NCBI GenBank assembly: GCA_964640195.1
Contig: CAZXIC010000001.1
Coordinates: forward strand, 83,363 to 147,362
Length of the DNA stretch: 64,000 bases
DNA from: an uncultured archaeon
Lineage (GTDB): Archaea; Iainarchaeota; Iainarchaeia; Iainarchaeales; GCA-2688035
Reading direction: 5' to 3'
The notes beneath the pieces are model-generated. The model was not told where the DNA came from, did no database searches, and worked only from the letters and a program-made list of their open reading frames with translations. Shown here piece by piece: positions 43,352 through 52,598 of the stretch. Both the position numbers and the translations under genes were made by a program. Within the stretch, counting starts at the first letter, position 1. Each line of letters opens with the position of its first letter.

Positions 43352-44148
43352 CCCGCCCCAAAATGATTCAAAGCTTCCAAAATTCCAAAGCCATGGCTTT
43401 CCCCCGAAAAATAGATTCTCCCAAGGGCGTTTTCCTTCTCTGCCTTTGCCCTGACTTTTTGCTTAAACTCTTCCCGTGCGTTTCCAACGACAACCGCATT
43501 AAATCCAAACAAAATCGCGCTCAAATCGTTCTCGCTGTCGCCGGCGACTAGAACACCCTTCTTCCCCAGCCCCAGTTTTTTCCTCAAAAAATCGATTGAA
43601 AAGCCTTTTGAACTGTTTTTTGGCAGGAAATCAACAAGGCCTCTTTTCCCGCCACAGTCTTCGCTGTAAACAATTTCAACGCTGAGCCTTTCATCACTCA
43701 AGATTTTTTTAACTTTTGCAATTGCCTCTCCCGCTTTTTCGGGTTTGATGTAATAGCTCTGCTTGAATTCTTTCTGGGCACTTTCCCCCTGTTCAACAAA
43801 TTCGCTAAACCCTGAAACAATTTTTTTAATCTTTTTTCCAAACCCCCATGGAACCCTTTCAAGCAGTTTTTCCCTCCAATCGCTGTCAACATAAAACCTC
43901 TTGCCTTTTCTTAGATAGATTGTCGTTCCAACATCCACTATAACCGCATTCGGCTCTGGCAGGCAACTTTTTTCGATTACAGATTCAACCAGCTCAATGC
44001 TTCTCCCTGAGGCATAAGCCAGAAAAAAACCTTTGTGGTTTTTTAAAAAAAAACCCAACTCTCTCAAAGAATTTTTGTTAAAAGGCTCTTTTCCTGCCGG
44101 GATTAGCGTACCGTCCAAGTCAGAAACAAGGAGGTAATTCTTATCCAT
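43348..44148 (-). CDS. Sucrose-phosphatase-like HAD-IIB hydrolase
   Basis: LLVSDLDGTL, YASGRS, DVGTTI, AGDSEND, VVGNA. Confidence 0.88.
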   Translation of the reverse strand: MDKNYLLVSDLDGTLIPAGKEPFNKNSLRELGFFLKNHKGFFLAYASGRSIELVESVIEKSCLPEPNAVIVDVGTTIYLRKGKRFYVDSDWREKLLERVPWGFGKKIKKIVSGFSEFVEQGESAQKEFKQSYYIKPEKAGEAIAKVKKILSDERLSVEIVYSEDCGGKRGLVDFLPKNSSKGFSIDFLRKKLGLGKKGVLVAGDSENDLSAILFGFNAVVVGNAREEFKQKVRAKAEKENALGRIYFSGESHGFGILEALNHFGAG

Positions 44149-44364
44149 AAAACTTCCAACCCTGCTTTTCTTTTATAATAAAAGTTTTTTTAAATTCACT
44201 GTGTTTTTGCACAGCAAGAGCGCCTGATGGGCCAGGGGCTGAAAAAGCGAAAACAGCCCAAAAATGCCGCCAGGAAGGCATGTTCGGCTCGGGCTGCCTT
44301 TTAATGTACAAACAATTCTTCTAACCTAAGCACTTAAATCGTTTATCTTCTCTATTGTCTAACA

Positions 44365-44426
44365 GGCAATGATGAGGTTAACACCTGCTGACCGAAAGGG
44401 ATGATTAAACAACTCAACACTGAGCC
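44365..44426 (+). ncRNA. C/D box methylation-guide sRNA
   Basis: GGC-A-ATGATGA(C)-GGTTAACACCTG-CTGA(D')-CCGAAAGG-G-ATGATTA(C')-AACAACTCAACA-CTGA(D)-GCC; two 12-nt guides; TATA-like CTTAAA about 30 bp upstream. Confidence 0.9.
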
Positions 44427-44522
44427 CAGAAACAGGAAAATGGCGAGAGACAAAAAGGGTTTTCTTGCAGTTATTTATGAAGAAACAGCAGCTTTAAATT
44501 GACTATCGTTCTTATTTATGGC

Positions 44523-45437
44523 ATGTTAGAAAAAACAATCCTGTTTCTCACATTGCTTATCCTCACAAGCGGCTGCCTTCAGTCCCTTCCCTTTGTCAAG
44601 CTTGGGCCGGGCGGGTGCATGGATGAGGCAAGCTGCAGAACATACTGCGAATCAAACCTGCAGGAGTGCATTGACTGGTGCAGTGAAAACCAGCATGAAC
44701 TATGCGGTGCAATAGCAAGCGATTATACTGGGGGCGGTTCTAGCACACCGGGCTTGAGTGATGGGCAATCGCAAGAGCCGCAGGTTCCCAATGAAGACGA
44801 GCAGGTAATTGGCGACGATGTTTTTATCTGCGAAAACGACAATTCTGTGCAATCCAGGGGGTATGTTTACCTGCACGGCTTCGGAGACCACAACCCCAAT
44901 GCATTCGATTATCAGAGAAGCCTGATTGGAAATGATGAAAAAACAAAAGATATTCTGGACTTTGATTATGATGAAAAATTAACCATAGAGGAAATTAGCG
45001 AGGACTTTGTTTCACAGTTTGATGAATTTGTCTCAGAAAACGATTTTGAGGAAATTATCATTATTGGGCAGAGTGCCGGGGGAACAGTTGCAGCATACTC
45101 CGCGCACAAGCTAAACTTCACGGGAACAATTGAAGTGCACACACTTGCTTCTCCATTAAGAGGCTGTGACAACAAGGGAATTGCAGCACAATACGTGCCA
45201 GGCGAGGGGTTCTATAGGGAAATTGGAATAGGCTTTGACCCATTCACTGCTCCTGCAGACAATGTTAAAGTTTACCACCACAAAACAGTTGAGGATGAAA
45301 CGCTAACGCAGTGCGACACGCCTGTATTGATGCAATACAACAACGTTCCGGGAAGCAAGGAATTCTACTACCCGGAACTAAGCCACGAAACAATCATGCC
45401 GACTGTCTCAAAGACAATAATAGAATGCCACGGATAG
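44523..45437 (+). CDS. Putative lipoprotein with Cys-rich GPGGC module and alpha/beta-hydrolase domain
   Basis: LTSGC; GPGGCMDEASCRTYC; YLHGF, GQSAGG, LASPLRG. Confidence 0.8.
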   Translation: MLEKTILFLTLLILTSGCLQSLPFVKLGPGGCMDEASCRTYCESNLQECIDWCSENQHELCGAIASDYTGGGSSTPGLSDGQSQEPQVPNEDEQVIGDDVFICENDNSVQSRGYVYLHGFGDHNPNAFDYQRSLIGNDEKTKDILDFDYDEKLTIEEISEDFVSQFDEFVSENDFEEIIIIGQSAGGTVAAYSAHKLNFTGTIEVHTLASPLRGCDNKGIAAQYVPGEGFYREIGIGFDPFTAPADNVKVYHHKTVEDETLTQCDTPVLMQYNNVPGSKEFYYPELSHETIMPTVSKTIIECHG

Positions 45438-45495
45438 GTTGTCGTATAAGCTGAAAACAACCTTTAAATATGAGTTTACTGTTTTTATTTGTAAT

Positions 45496-46563
45496 ATGAA
45501 ATCAAAGCACCGATTTTCTGTAGTTTTGGGGCTTGCTTTCGTGGCGTTAATTTTGCTGTTGGGCTGTATTCAGGAAATGCCCGGCACAGCACCAGGGGGT
45601 AAGCAACAAGGCGAACCTGGTTCGTTGGCGGGAAACGAAACCCTTGAAATATTCATCCTGAATACAGACGGTTCGCCCCTGGGCAATATTGAGGTTGACT
45701 TATGGAAGAAGGAAACCATGGCAGGGCCGCCAGATGTAGGCTTTGAAATAACCAACTCCCAGGGAAAGGCAGTTTTCAGGGTTCCGGCAGGAGAATACAG
45801 AATCGGATTCAATCAGGTGAATTTTCCAAAGAATATGGAATACCCTGAACCGGAATTTGTTGTGGTTGAAGAGGGAATTCCCAGCAGCAGAACAATCACG
45901 CTAAAAATAAAGGAGGAACTGCAGGAAAGGAAACTGGTTGCATTGGGAGCCAGCTTTACCAAAGCCAACAACCTTTCCTCAGAAAAAGTTGGGGATTTCG
46001 AGGAATTTAGTTTTGCCACGGGCACCAAAATCAACAGCGTGCTTGTTTACCTAAAGGGCAAGGGGGAGAATATCAACGCGGTTAATCTGGCTGAATCGGG
46101 CGCAACCAGCGGCGACATACTGGATACGCAAGCCTCGAATGTGGCAGGGTATTCCCCGAAATACGTTACCTTGTTAGTTGGCGGAACAGACATTCTGCAG
46201 GAGTTTTCAACCCAAGCATTTAGATCCAATCTGCAGGCAATAATTAAAAAAATCAAAAATAAAGACAGCATTATCTTAATCGGAACAATAGTAAATTTCC
46301 CGAGAATTAGAACAGCTGATTTCGATGCTTGCGGCGAGGATGTCCTTCAGTTGAATGTTGAAAATTTAACTGAGGGAAAGATTTTGGAATTTAATGAAGT
46401 GATAAAAGAAGTAGCCGCAGAACACAACCTTGTTCTGGTTGACTTATTTGGTTCCCTTGGACCTGAACACGCGAGTGATTACGACTGCCTGCACCCCAAT
46501 ATTGCTGGGCAGGAAAAACTAGCACAGGAATTCATCCTCGCTTTGGAAAACATGGAAAGCTAA
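45496..46563 (+). CDS. Putative lipoprotein with prealbumin-like domain and SGNH/GDSL hydrolase
   Basis: LLGC; VALGASFT, NLAESGATS, GGTD, DCLHPNIAG. Confidence 0.85.
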   Translation: MKSKHRFSVVLGLAFVALILLLGCIQEMPGTAPGGKQQGEPGSLAGNETLEIFILNTDGSPLGNIEVDLWKKETMAGPPDVGFEITNSQGKAVFRVPAGEYRIGFNQVNFPKNMEYPEPEFVVVEEGIPSSRTITLKIKEELQERKLVALGASFTKANNLSSEKVGDFEEFSFATGTKINSVLVYLKGKGENINAVNLAESGATSGDILDTQASNVAGYSPKYVTLLVGGTDILQEFSTQAFRSNLQAIIKKIKNKDSIILIGTIVNFPRIRTADFDACGEDVLQLNVENLTEGKILEFNEVIKEVAAEHNLVLVDLFGSLGPEHASDYDCLHPNIAGQEKLAQEFILALENMES

Positions 46564-46630
46564 GCTTTTCTATTCACTTTTTTGGACATAAACCAGGATA
46601 GAAAAATAATATTAAAACCAGAAGGAAGCT

Positions 46631-46663
46631 AGGCATTAATGAAACAACTCAAGGTTCAGCCCA
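46631..46663 (+). repeat. Degenerate, internally deleted copy of the 44365 sRNA
   Basis: AGGCATTAATGA vs AGGCAATGATGA (10/12); AAACAACTCAAGGTTCAGCCCA vs AAACAACTCAACACTGAGCCCA (18/22). Confidence 0.55.
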
Positions 46664-47186
46664 TTATGAGCTCATGCGTGTAATAGCTCTCTTCAGCGTA
46701 TTCTGCAAGCATGTCCGCGTGCCCCTTTTCAAATTCCGCCAAGGCTTTGAAGAAGCGCTTCGCACCCCCGTCCTGCAGCCTTTCAGAGATTTTCTGGTAG
46801 AATTCCTGGGCCTGCTTTTCCTTCCACAGGGCGAAAAGGATTGCGGTTATGCCCTCCAGATTGTCCTTGTCCCAGTCCTTTTCCGAGAAGATTTTCGGCT
46901 TTTCGCTTTTTTCCAGCCCTGGCTCAATCCACTTGCCTTCCCTCTGCAGCGATTCCCTCAGGCTGTTTATTGCCCGGAGGTGCCCTTCCTCCTGTTTAAC
47001 GAGAAAAGAGAAGAAGTGCTGCATTTCGCTCCCTGAAAATTTCTCTGCCTGTTTTGAGTAGAAGGCAATGCTTTCCCTCTCAATGCCTGCCGCTGCGCCA
47101 ACGCCCTTGGCTGCCTCAGCCGCGTTGCCGGACGAAACCTGCTGCAACGCCTTCTCAAGCTGCTTGGAACCCAGTGTGTTTTCCAT
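46656..47186 (-). CDS. Rubrerythrin/ferritin-like di-iron protein
   Basis: ERESIAFY...EEGH and EKQAQEFY...EKGH. Confidence 0.88.
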   Translation of the reverse strand: MENTLGSKQLEKALQQVSSGNAAEAAKGVGAAAGIERESIAFYSKQAEKFSGSEMQHFFSFLVKQEEGHLRAINSLRESLQREGKWIEPGLEKSEKPKIFSEKDWDKDNLEGITAILFALWKEKQAQEFYQKISERLQDGGAKRFFKALAEFEKGHADMLAEYAEESYYTHELIMG

Positions 47187-47215
47187 CCAATTCCCCTTCA
47201 GGTGCGAACTATTTT

Positions 47216-47422
47216 TTATTTTTCTGTTTTAGTGCTGCTGCCCCTTCCCTTGATTAAGAGGGCAATTCCAACTACCAGCAGAATAACTGTGCTTGCCGGA
47301 GTGAAAGAGCAGACTGCCTTGTAGCCGAGCATGCATGCCTTGCTCGCACCAGCGTTTGGAACCAGTGTGGCAATTGCCAGGATGATTAAAATTGCGCCAA
47401 GCGCCAACGCTTTTTTTCCCAT
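47216..47422 (-). CDS. Small 2-TM protein with Cys pair
   Basis: ASKACMLGYKAVCSFTPAST between two hydrophobic helices; GGGGTG RBS. Confidence 0.7.
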   Translation of the reverse strand: MGKKALALGAILIILAIATLVPNAGASKACMLGYKAVCSFTPASTVILLVVGIALLIKGRGSSTKTEK

Positions 47423-47564
47423 TCCCGCACCCCCTAAAAATTCTGTTAGAATTGTGTTATTGCCATTAATAAGCTTTTGCCGGGGCACCCTGTTTCCATT
47501 CCATGCAGCAGGCACTTAGCAAACCAGAGCCAGTTAAATTTTTTTTGGATTTTTTGTTGTACGG

Positions 47565-47999
47565 ATGTTCGACAGGAAGCTGCGGAGAATTGCAATTGCC
47601 TACGTTGCCCTGCAGGCTGTCATCTGGGCAAAGTGCGTGCTGTTTTTTGTTTGGTTTGGGCATGGCAAGAGCATTCCGTTCAACTGGAGGGCTTTCCCGG
47701 AGAATGCCCTGCTGTTTGACTTCTTTTTCCATAATGGCATGCATGCGGCAATCGCGGTTCTTGCGCTGCTGTTCGGAAAGAACATCCAAAGGATTGAGTG
47801 GCTGAAAATAATTGCAGTGGTTTTTGTTGCTGCTGGGCTGCATAATATTGCATATTGGTTTACTGCATCGCACGAAAGCGCATGGTACAGCGCAGTTGAC
47901 TTTGCAAGGGACAGCGCGCTTCTATTTGCTGCCGTAAGTGCGGGCTATCTGCTGAACGCGCTGTGGAAAAAAGTGAAGAAAGCACGGCGGAATGATTGA
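47565..47999 (+). CDS. Hypothetical multi-TM membrane protein
   Basis: Four hydrophobic segments with H-x-x-x-H and HN motifs. Confidence 0.65.
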   Translation: MFDRKLRRIAIAYVALQAVIWAKCVLFFVWFGHGKSIPFNWRAFPENALLFDFFFHNGMHAAIAVLALLFGKNIQRIEWLKIIAVVFVAAGLHNIAYWFTASHESAWYSAVDFARDSALLFAAVSAGYLLNALWKKVKKARRND

Positions 48000-48063
48000 C
48001 AGGGGCAGGCGCCAAGGCAGGGAAAAGAATTAAATTGCTGGAAGCTTATCTTATTCTCTTGCC

Positions 48064-48744
48064 ATGCAGTGCATGCTTAACTTTTCCTTGGAAGAAAAGG
48101 GGAAAGTGCTTTCCTTTCTCAGGCAGTTTCCCGCAGTGCCCACAAAAACTGGGTTTGAGCAGTTCAGGTGCAGAATCGGTGAAAGCACTGTCACATTGTA
48201 CAGCAGCGGAAAGCTGCTGGTGCAGGGAAAAGACTGCAGCGCTGTCAAGGAAAGGATTCTGCGCGCTGTGCAGCTGGAAAGCGAGTTGGTGATTGGGATA
48301 GACGAATCCGGCAGGGGCGAGCCTTTTGGTTCGCTGGTTGTTGCAGCGGTTCTGGCTGATTCAAGCAAAATGAGGGAACTGCGGGACAGCAAAAAGGTGC
48401 GGAACCTGCAGGAAAAGCGGCAGCTGGTGGAGAAAAATGCCATAGCGATAGAGACTGTGGCGGTCAGCGCAGCTGAAATTGACGAGCTGAGGGCAGGAGG
48501 CGTGAACCTGGATGAAATAGAAGCAAGGGCAATCAACGCCTTGGTTGAGAAACTCGCTCCAAAAGGAAAAGGGGCAAGGGTTTTGGTTGACGGAAAGCGC
48601 TTGAAGGGAGTCAAAGCAGGAATCGGGTTTATCGTAAAAGGTGATGACAGGAACGCAGTAATCGGCGCTGCCTCGGTTATTGCGAAAAGCGAGAGGGAGA
48701 GAAACGGGAAAGGCAGGAGAAGCAGCTGGGGCAAAAGGAAATGA
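48064..48744 (+). CDS. Type 2 ribonuclease H with N-terminal TBP-like (DUF3378, RNase HIII-type) domain
   Basis: TVTLYSSGKLLVQGK; IGIDESGRGE, LRDSKK, LVDG, KGDD...AASVIAK. Confidence 0.85.
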   Translation: MQCMLNFSLEEKGKVLSFLRQFPAVPTKTGFEQFRCRIGESTVTLYSSGKLLVQGKDCSAVKERILRAVQLESELVIGIDESGRGEPFGSLVVAAVLADSSKMRELRDSKKVRNLQEKRQLVEKNAIAIETVAVSAAEIDELRAGGVNLDEIEARAINALVEKLAPKGKGARVLVDGKRLKGVKAGIGFIVKGDDRNAVIGAASVIAKSERERNGKGRRSSWGKRK

Positions 48745-49661
48745 AGGAAAGCAAAACTGGCAAAGGCAAGAAGGAAGAGAAAAGCAGCCCCAGCAAAAGC
48801 GGAGAGAGAGCGAAGGAAAGCAACGCAGGCAGAGCCTGGAAGGGAAAGAGAAAAAGCAGCCCCAGCGAAGCGTGGGAGAAAATGAAGAAAATCAGGCTGA
48901 GCAAAGCACTGTGGAGGCTTAAGGCAACTGCCTGCCTCACGGCTGCGCTGGCTGCGGCATACTTCCTGCTGAGCAGGGGAAGCCTTTTCATTGAGAAGGA
49001 GGCATTGCTTTCTTATTCGTTCAGCCTGAGCCAGCCTTGGAACATTTTTTCCTACGTGTTTGCCCATATCAGCGTGCACCACCTCGCAGCTAACTTGGCG
49101 CAGGTTGTATTTTTCGCTGCAATAGTCGAGCTTGCCTTGGGAGCAGCAGACGTTTTCCTGCTATTCTTCTTTTCAGCAGGGCTCACAGCACTGGCTTTTT
49201 CCATGCTTAATCCCGGCACCGGGCTGGTTGGCGCTTCTGCAGGCGGCGCTGCACTGCTGACCTCTGCATTTATCTTGGACTTGAGGAAAACGATTGCTGC
49301 ACTGGCGGTAATTGCATTGCTTTTCTTCGCTCTGCCATCCACAGTAGCGTTTCTGCAGGAACTGGAGGAAACAAGGCTGCAGCAGAAGGTAGCGCAGCTG
49401 GAACAGGGCTATGAGCAGGCTGTGCAAAAGGGCGAGGAAGAGAGGGCAGCCGGGATTGCTGCTGAGCGGGAGCAGGCTGAAATAACCCTGGGACAGTTCA
49501 TGGAAAGCAAAGAGTTCGCAATAGAAACAGAAACAGACAGCCTGCTGCACGTTTACGCTGCGCTCTTTGCAGTCTTATACCTCTTGCTGTTCAGGAGAAA
49601 AAAACTGTTTGCGGCATGGCAGCAGTTGGAGGGAATCAGGCTGCTTTTAAAAAGGGGATAG
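48741..49661 (+). CDS. Rhomboid-family intramembrane protease (true start probably near 48882)
   Basis: FAHISVHHLAAN, VGASAG, later LLHVYA. Confidence 0.8.
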   Translation: MKESKTGKGKKEEKSSPSKSGERAKESNAGRAWKGKRKSSPSEAWEKMKKIRLSKALWRLKATACLTAALAAAYFLLSRGSLFIEKEALLSYSFSLSQPWNIFSYVFAHISVHHLAANLAQVVFFAAIVELALGAADVFLLFFFSAGLTALAFSMLNPGTGLVGASAGGAALLTSAFILDLRKTIAALAVIALLFFALPSTVAFLQELEETRLQQKVAQLEQGYEQAVQKGEEERAAGIAAEREQAEITLGQFMESKEFAIETETDSLLHVYAALFAVLYLLLFRRKKLFAAWQQLEGIRLLLKRG

Positions 49662-49662
49662 C

Positions 49663-50169
49663 CTAGGGCTTGTTGCTGTGGTATACCCAGTCGTGTATTC
49701 TTTCCTCGTCTATTTCTTCTTCCCGGGCTGGCTCTTCACTGCCTCTATCCGCTTCCTTGTTTTGGTTTAAACCCTCGCCCTCGTTTTTCTTTAGGGCAGC
49801 AAGCTGCTGCTTCAGTGCGGCAATTTCAAGCCGGGTGTCCTGCTTGAATTGCTCAAAGCCGTTCAGCCTCTGGACAAGGTTTGTTCCATTCAATTTCCTT
49901 GCAACGAATTTTGCGTTGTTTATCCTAAGCAGCAGGCTTTCCAGCCTGTCAATCCTCTTGTTCAGCATTCTTGTCCTTTCCCTGTCGGCAGCCTGCTCAA
50001 AGGCCTGCTTGGAGCTGGCACTGTTTTGGAAGGTTTGCTGCAGCTCGTTTTCCAGCGGGTTGGTAGCCTGCAGATGCGCTGCAGCGTTGCCTGGCTTTGT
50101 AACGCTAAGAAAAACGTTACCCAGCACAAGAGCCAGGACCATGACAGAGAGGAAAACTGTTACAAGCAT
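49663..50169 (-). CDS. N-terminally anchored coiled-coil hypothetical protein
   Basis: Hydrophobic N-terminus, heptad pattern. Confidence 0.65.
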   Translation of the reverse strand: MLVTVFLSVMVLALVLGNVFLSVTKPGNAAAHLQATNPLENELQQTFQNSASSKQAFEQAADRERTRMLNKRIDRLESLLLRINNAKFVARKLNGTNLVQRLNGFEQFKQDTRLEIAALKQQLAALKKNEGEGLNQNKEADRGSEEPAREEEIDEERIHDWVYHSNKP

Positions 50170-50270
50170 CTGCTTACCCCTAAAGACATTATAGGCTTGG
50201 GTCAGTTTTTTAACTCTTTTGTTGCAAGGCTAATGAAAGCAAAACCTTCTTAAAAACTTGCCTGAAACAA

Positions 50271-51494
50271 TTGGGTAAGCGCGTAAAAAACTGTTTTTTG
50301 GGGATGAGCTTGCCTGTTAAAGAGAAAATAAAGGAGGGGGCAGCGGAAAAAACGCCTGGCAAAAGCCGGGTTGGAAAAAGAAAAACGGCTGCATGGCTTT
50401 CAACGTACTGGAAAGAGGCTGCAGCCATTGTGGTTCTTGGACTGGTGCTGCTGGCTGCTTTCACTGTGCTGCAGCCACCTAAGGCAAGCGTCGAGGACTT
50501 CTGGGAAGGGCAGGATGGTGAAGGAGCTGACACGCTTAAAATGATAATTGTGAAAAGCGACAGATGTCAGCTGTGCGAACTAAACAATTCGCTTGAAACG
50601 ATGTTCAAGAAGAACGGAATACCGTATGTGGTCAGGAAGTATGACGAGCAAAGCATGGAAGGGCAAAAATTCATAAATGAGCTTGGGCTGGAAAAGCTGC
50701 CTGCCTTTTTGATTGACGGCAGGGACATGAACGATGAGTGGAAAGTGAAAACAAAGAGCGGCTTTTCTCCCCTGGGGGATGTTCTGTTCTTTTACGTGAA
50801 CACCGGGCAGGCAGAATATGAGGAAGACGTGTTTGTTTTCTACGAGCTGAGCCTTGACCTGCAGCCGCACACCAGCCTGCTTTTGGGGGAAGCGTGCGGA
50901 ACCGCAGAGCACATCCTGGTGCAGTACTTTGCTGACCCCTATGACCTTGCAACTATTGCAACCTCCGTTGACATGGAAGCCCTCATAGACATGTTTGACA
51001 ACTACAACGTGGAATTTGTTTACGGCTACCTTCCGACAGCCGCCTCAACAGGCATGGAAGAGGCTTACACAAAGGACACAGTTGAAACTGCCGCGAAGCA
51101 CCTCATGTGCGCAAATGATTTGGGCGTGGATGAATTCAGGGCGCTGGAGCATGCAGCATACAACAGGTACTGCGACCTGAACCTGGATGCCGACTCCTAT
51201 TACGAAAAGCTGTACAACTGCGGCGACAGCAACCGGTTCGGCCATCCCCTGACAGGCGAGGAAGTGATGGAAAGCGTTGAAGAGGCTGGCTTGGCAGGGG
51301 ACATTCAATACAACATCTGCCTTGAGGGATACAAAACAAGGTTTGATGCAAGCAAAGCGCTTGCGGAAGCGTGGAGAATAGACAAAAGCCCGACACTTGT
51401 GGTAAACTGCACTTACGAGACCCATCCGAGGAATGCCCACAAGATAATCTGCTCCTACCTGGGCGATGTCCTGATTTGCAGGGAGCCGCGCTAA
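50271..51494 (+). CDS. Membrane-anchored thioredoxin/DsbA-fold protein
   Basis: TM, CQLC, GLEKLPAF, IDKSPTLVVNC. Confidence 0.7.
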   Translation: MGKRVKNCFLGMSLPVKEKIKEGAAEKTPGKSRVGKRKTAAWLSTYWKEAAAIVVLGLVLLAAFTVLQPPKASVEDFWEGQDGEGADTLKMIIVKSDRCQLCELNNSLETMFKKNGIPYVVRKYDEQSMEGQKFINELGLEKLPAFLIDGRDMNDEWKVKTKSGFSPLGDVLFFYVNTGQAEYEEDVFVFYELSLDLQPHTSLLLGEACGTAEHILVQYFADPYDLATIATSVDMEALIDMFDNYNVEFVYGYLPTAASTGMEEAYTKDTVETAAKHLMCANDLGVDEFRALEHAAYNRYCDLNLDADSYYEKLYNCGDSNRFGHPLTGEEVMESVEEAGLAGDIQYNICLEGYKTRFDASKALAEAWRIDKSPTLVVNCTYETHPRNAHKIICSYLGDVLICREPR

Positions 51495-51512
51495 CGAGTC
51501 TGGTGTTCTCTT

Positions 51513-52022
51513 GTGCCGGGAGAAAAAGTGCTCTTAATCCTGGCAGCCCTGCTGCTCGCTGCAAGCGGCTGCGTGCAGGAAAGCCCAGCTGAAGCAGACG
51601 TGCTGTTCTGTCCATGGGACAACTGCGCGGAAGAGCTGGTTGAAAGATTTGGAGAAGCTGAGGAAAGCATCAGCGTTGCAATATACAGCTTCACAAACCA
51701 GGACATCGCAGATGCGCTGGTTGATGCAGGGGATAGGGGTGTGAAAGTGCTTGTGCTGTTCGACAGCGGGCAGGCTGAAAGCAAGTACAGCGTTGACGAA
51801 ATGCTCCTGGAGGCAGGCGTTGCCGTAAAGCTTTTTGAAAAGGATATTGGAATAATGCACCACAAGTTTGCCGTGATTGACGGGAAAACGGTTGCAACAG
51901 GGAGCTTCAACTACAGCAAGAGCGCTGACCTGTACAACAACGAGAATCTTGTCTTCCTCTACAGCGAGGGCACAGCTCAGCGTTACGAGGCAGAGTTCCA
52001 GCAGCTGTGGGAAGCAGGGTGA
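51513..52022 (+). CDS. Single-HKD phospholipase D-family (Nuc-like) lipoprotein
   Basis: LAASGC; MHHKFAVIDGKTVATGSFNYS...NNEN. Confidence 0.92.
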   Translation: MPGEKVLLILAALLLAASGCVQESPAEADVLFCPWDNCAEELVERFGEAEESISVAIYSFTNQDIADALVDAGDRGVKVLVLFDSGQAESKYSVDEMLLEAGVAVKLFEKDIGIMHHKFAVIDGKTVATGSFNYSKSADLYNNENLVFLYSEGTAQRYEAEFQQLWEAG

Positions 52023-52027
52023 AAAAA

Positions 52028-52240
52028 TCAGGCTTTTAGCGCAGCCTGCAGGACCTTCTTTGCCTCTCCTGAAAAAACCTGTTTCGCGTTGTGGATTTCA
52101 ATTGCAATTATCTGCCCATCCTTTGATATGTCAATCACTACGCCGTTCGGAAGCTCGATGCTTTTCCAGTAATTTCCGTCCACCAACTGTATTGCAATGA
52201 TGTCTTCCTCCTTGTCATACGATTTTTTCATCTGTACCAC
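52028..52240 (-). CDS. DUF2283-family antitoxin-like protein
   Basis: YDKEEDII...VVIDISKDGQIIAIEIHNA. Confidence 0.88.
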   Translation of the reverse strand: MVQMKKSYDKEEDIIAIQLVDGNYWKSIELPNGVVIDISKDGQIIAIEIHNAKQVFSGEAKKVLQAALKA

Positions 52241-52483
52241 TTAATCCAGATAATATGCAGTAATTAACTTAACTTTATCTCCACCGATTTTCCTGAAGAC
52301 AACTTTCAGTGTTTTGCCTGTCGGAGGCACAACTGCAATTGCATTTAATGCATTTAAATTATACCTATCTCTTTGCATCACGCCATTGCTTATTACATAT
52401 TCAATCATGTAAGGTTCAATGTTCTTCCTGTAGCGCTTTTTGTGCCGCCAGTGTTTGGATTCAATGACCCGCACTGCAACCAA
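52241..52483 (-). CDS. DUF4258-like toxin candidate
   Basis: SKHW...TLKVVFRK...KLITAYY; directly upstream of DUF2283. Confidence 0.75.
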   Translation of the reverse strand: MVAVRVIESKHWRHKKRYRKNIEPYMIEYVISNGVMQRDRYNLNALNAIAVVPPTGKTLKVVFRKIGGDKVKLITAYYLD

Positions 52484-52598
52484 CTCTCAAAACAGGGCTT
52501 GCACTTTTCAGCTTATAAATTTTATTGCTTTTGCGTTCTTTGACGAAAGCAAGCTAAAAATCAGCTTTTAATTCTTTTTCAGGCAATTAATTTCTTTT

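Noticed and set aside
44215..44300. SRP RNA or riboswitch suggested by short hairpins and CCAGGAAGG
   Set aside because: Lacks the SRP helix 8 consensus and the length; no recognisable riboswitch core.
44376..44419. Specific rRNA targets for the sRNA guides
   Set aside because: The organism's rRNA is not in the window; no target can be supported from memory.
48051..49082. 343-aa minus-strand ORF
   Set aside because: Antisense to RNase H and rhomboid genes that have clear motifs.
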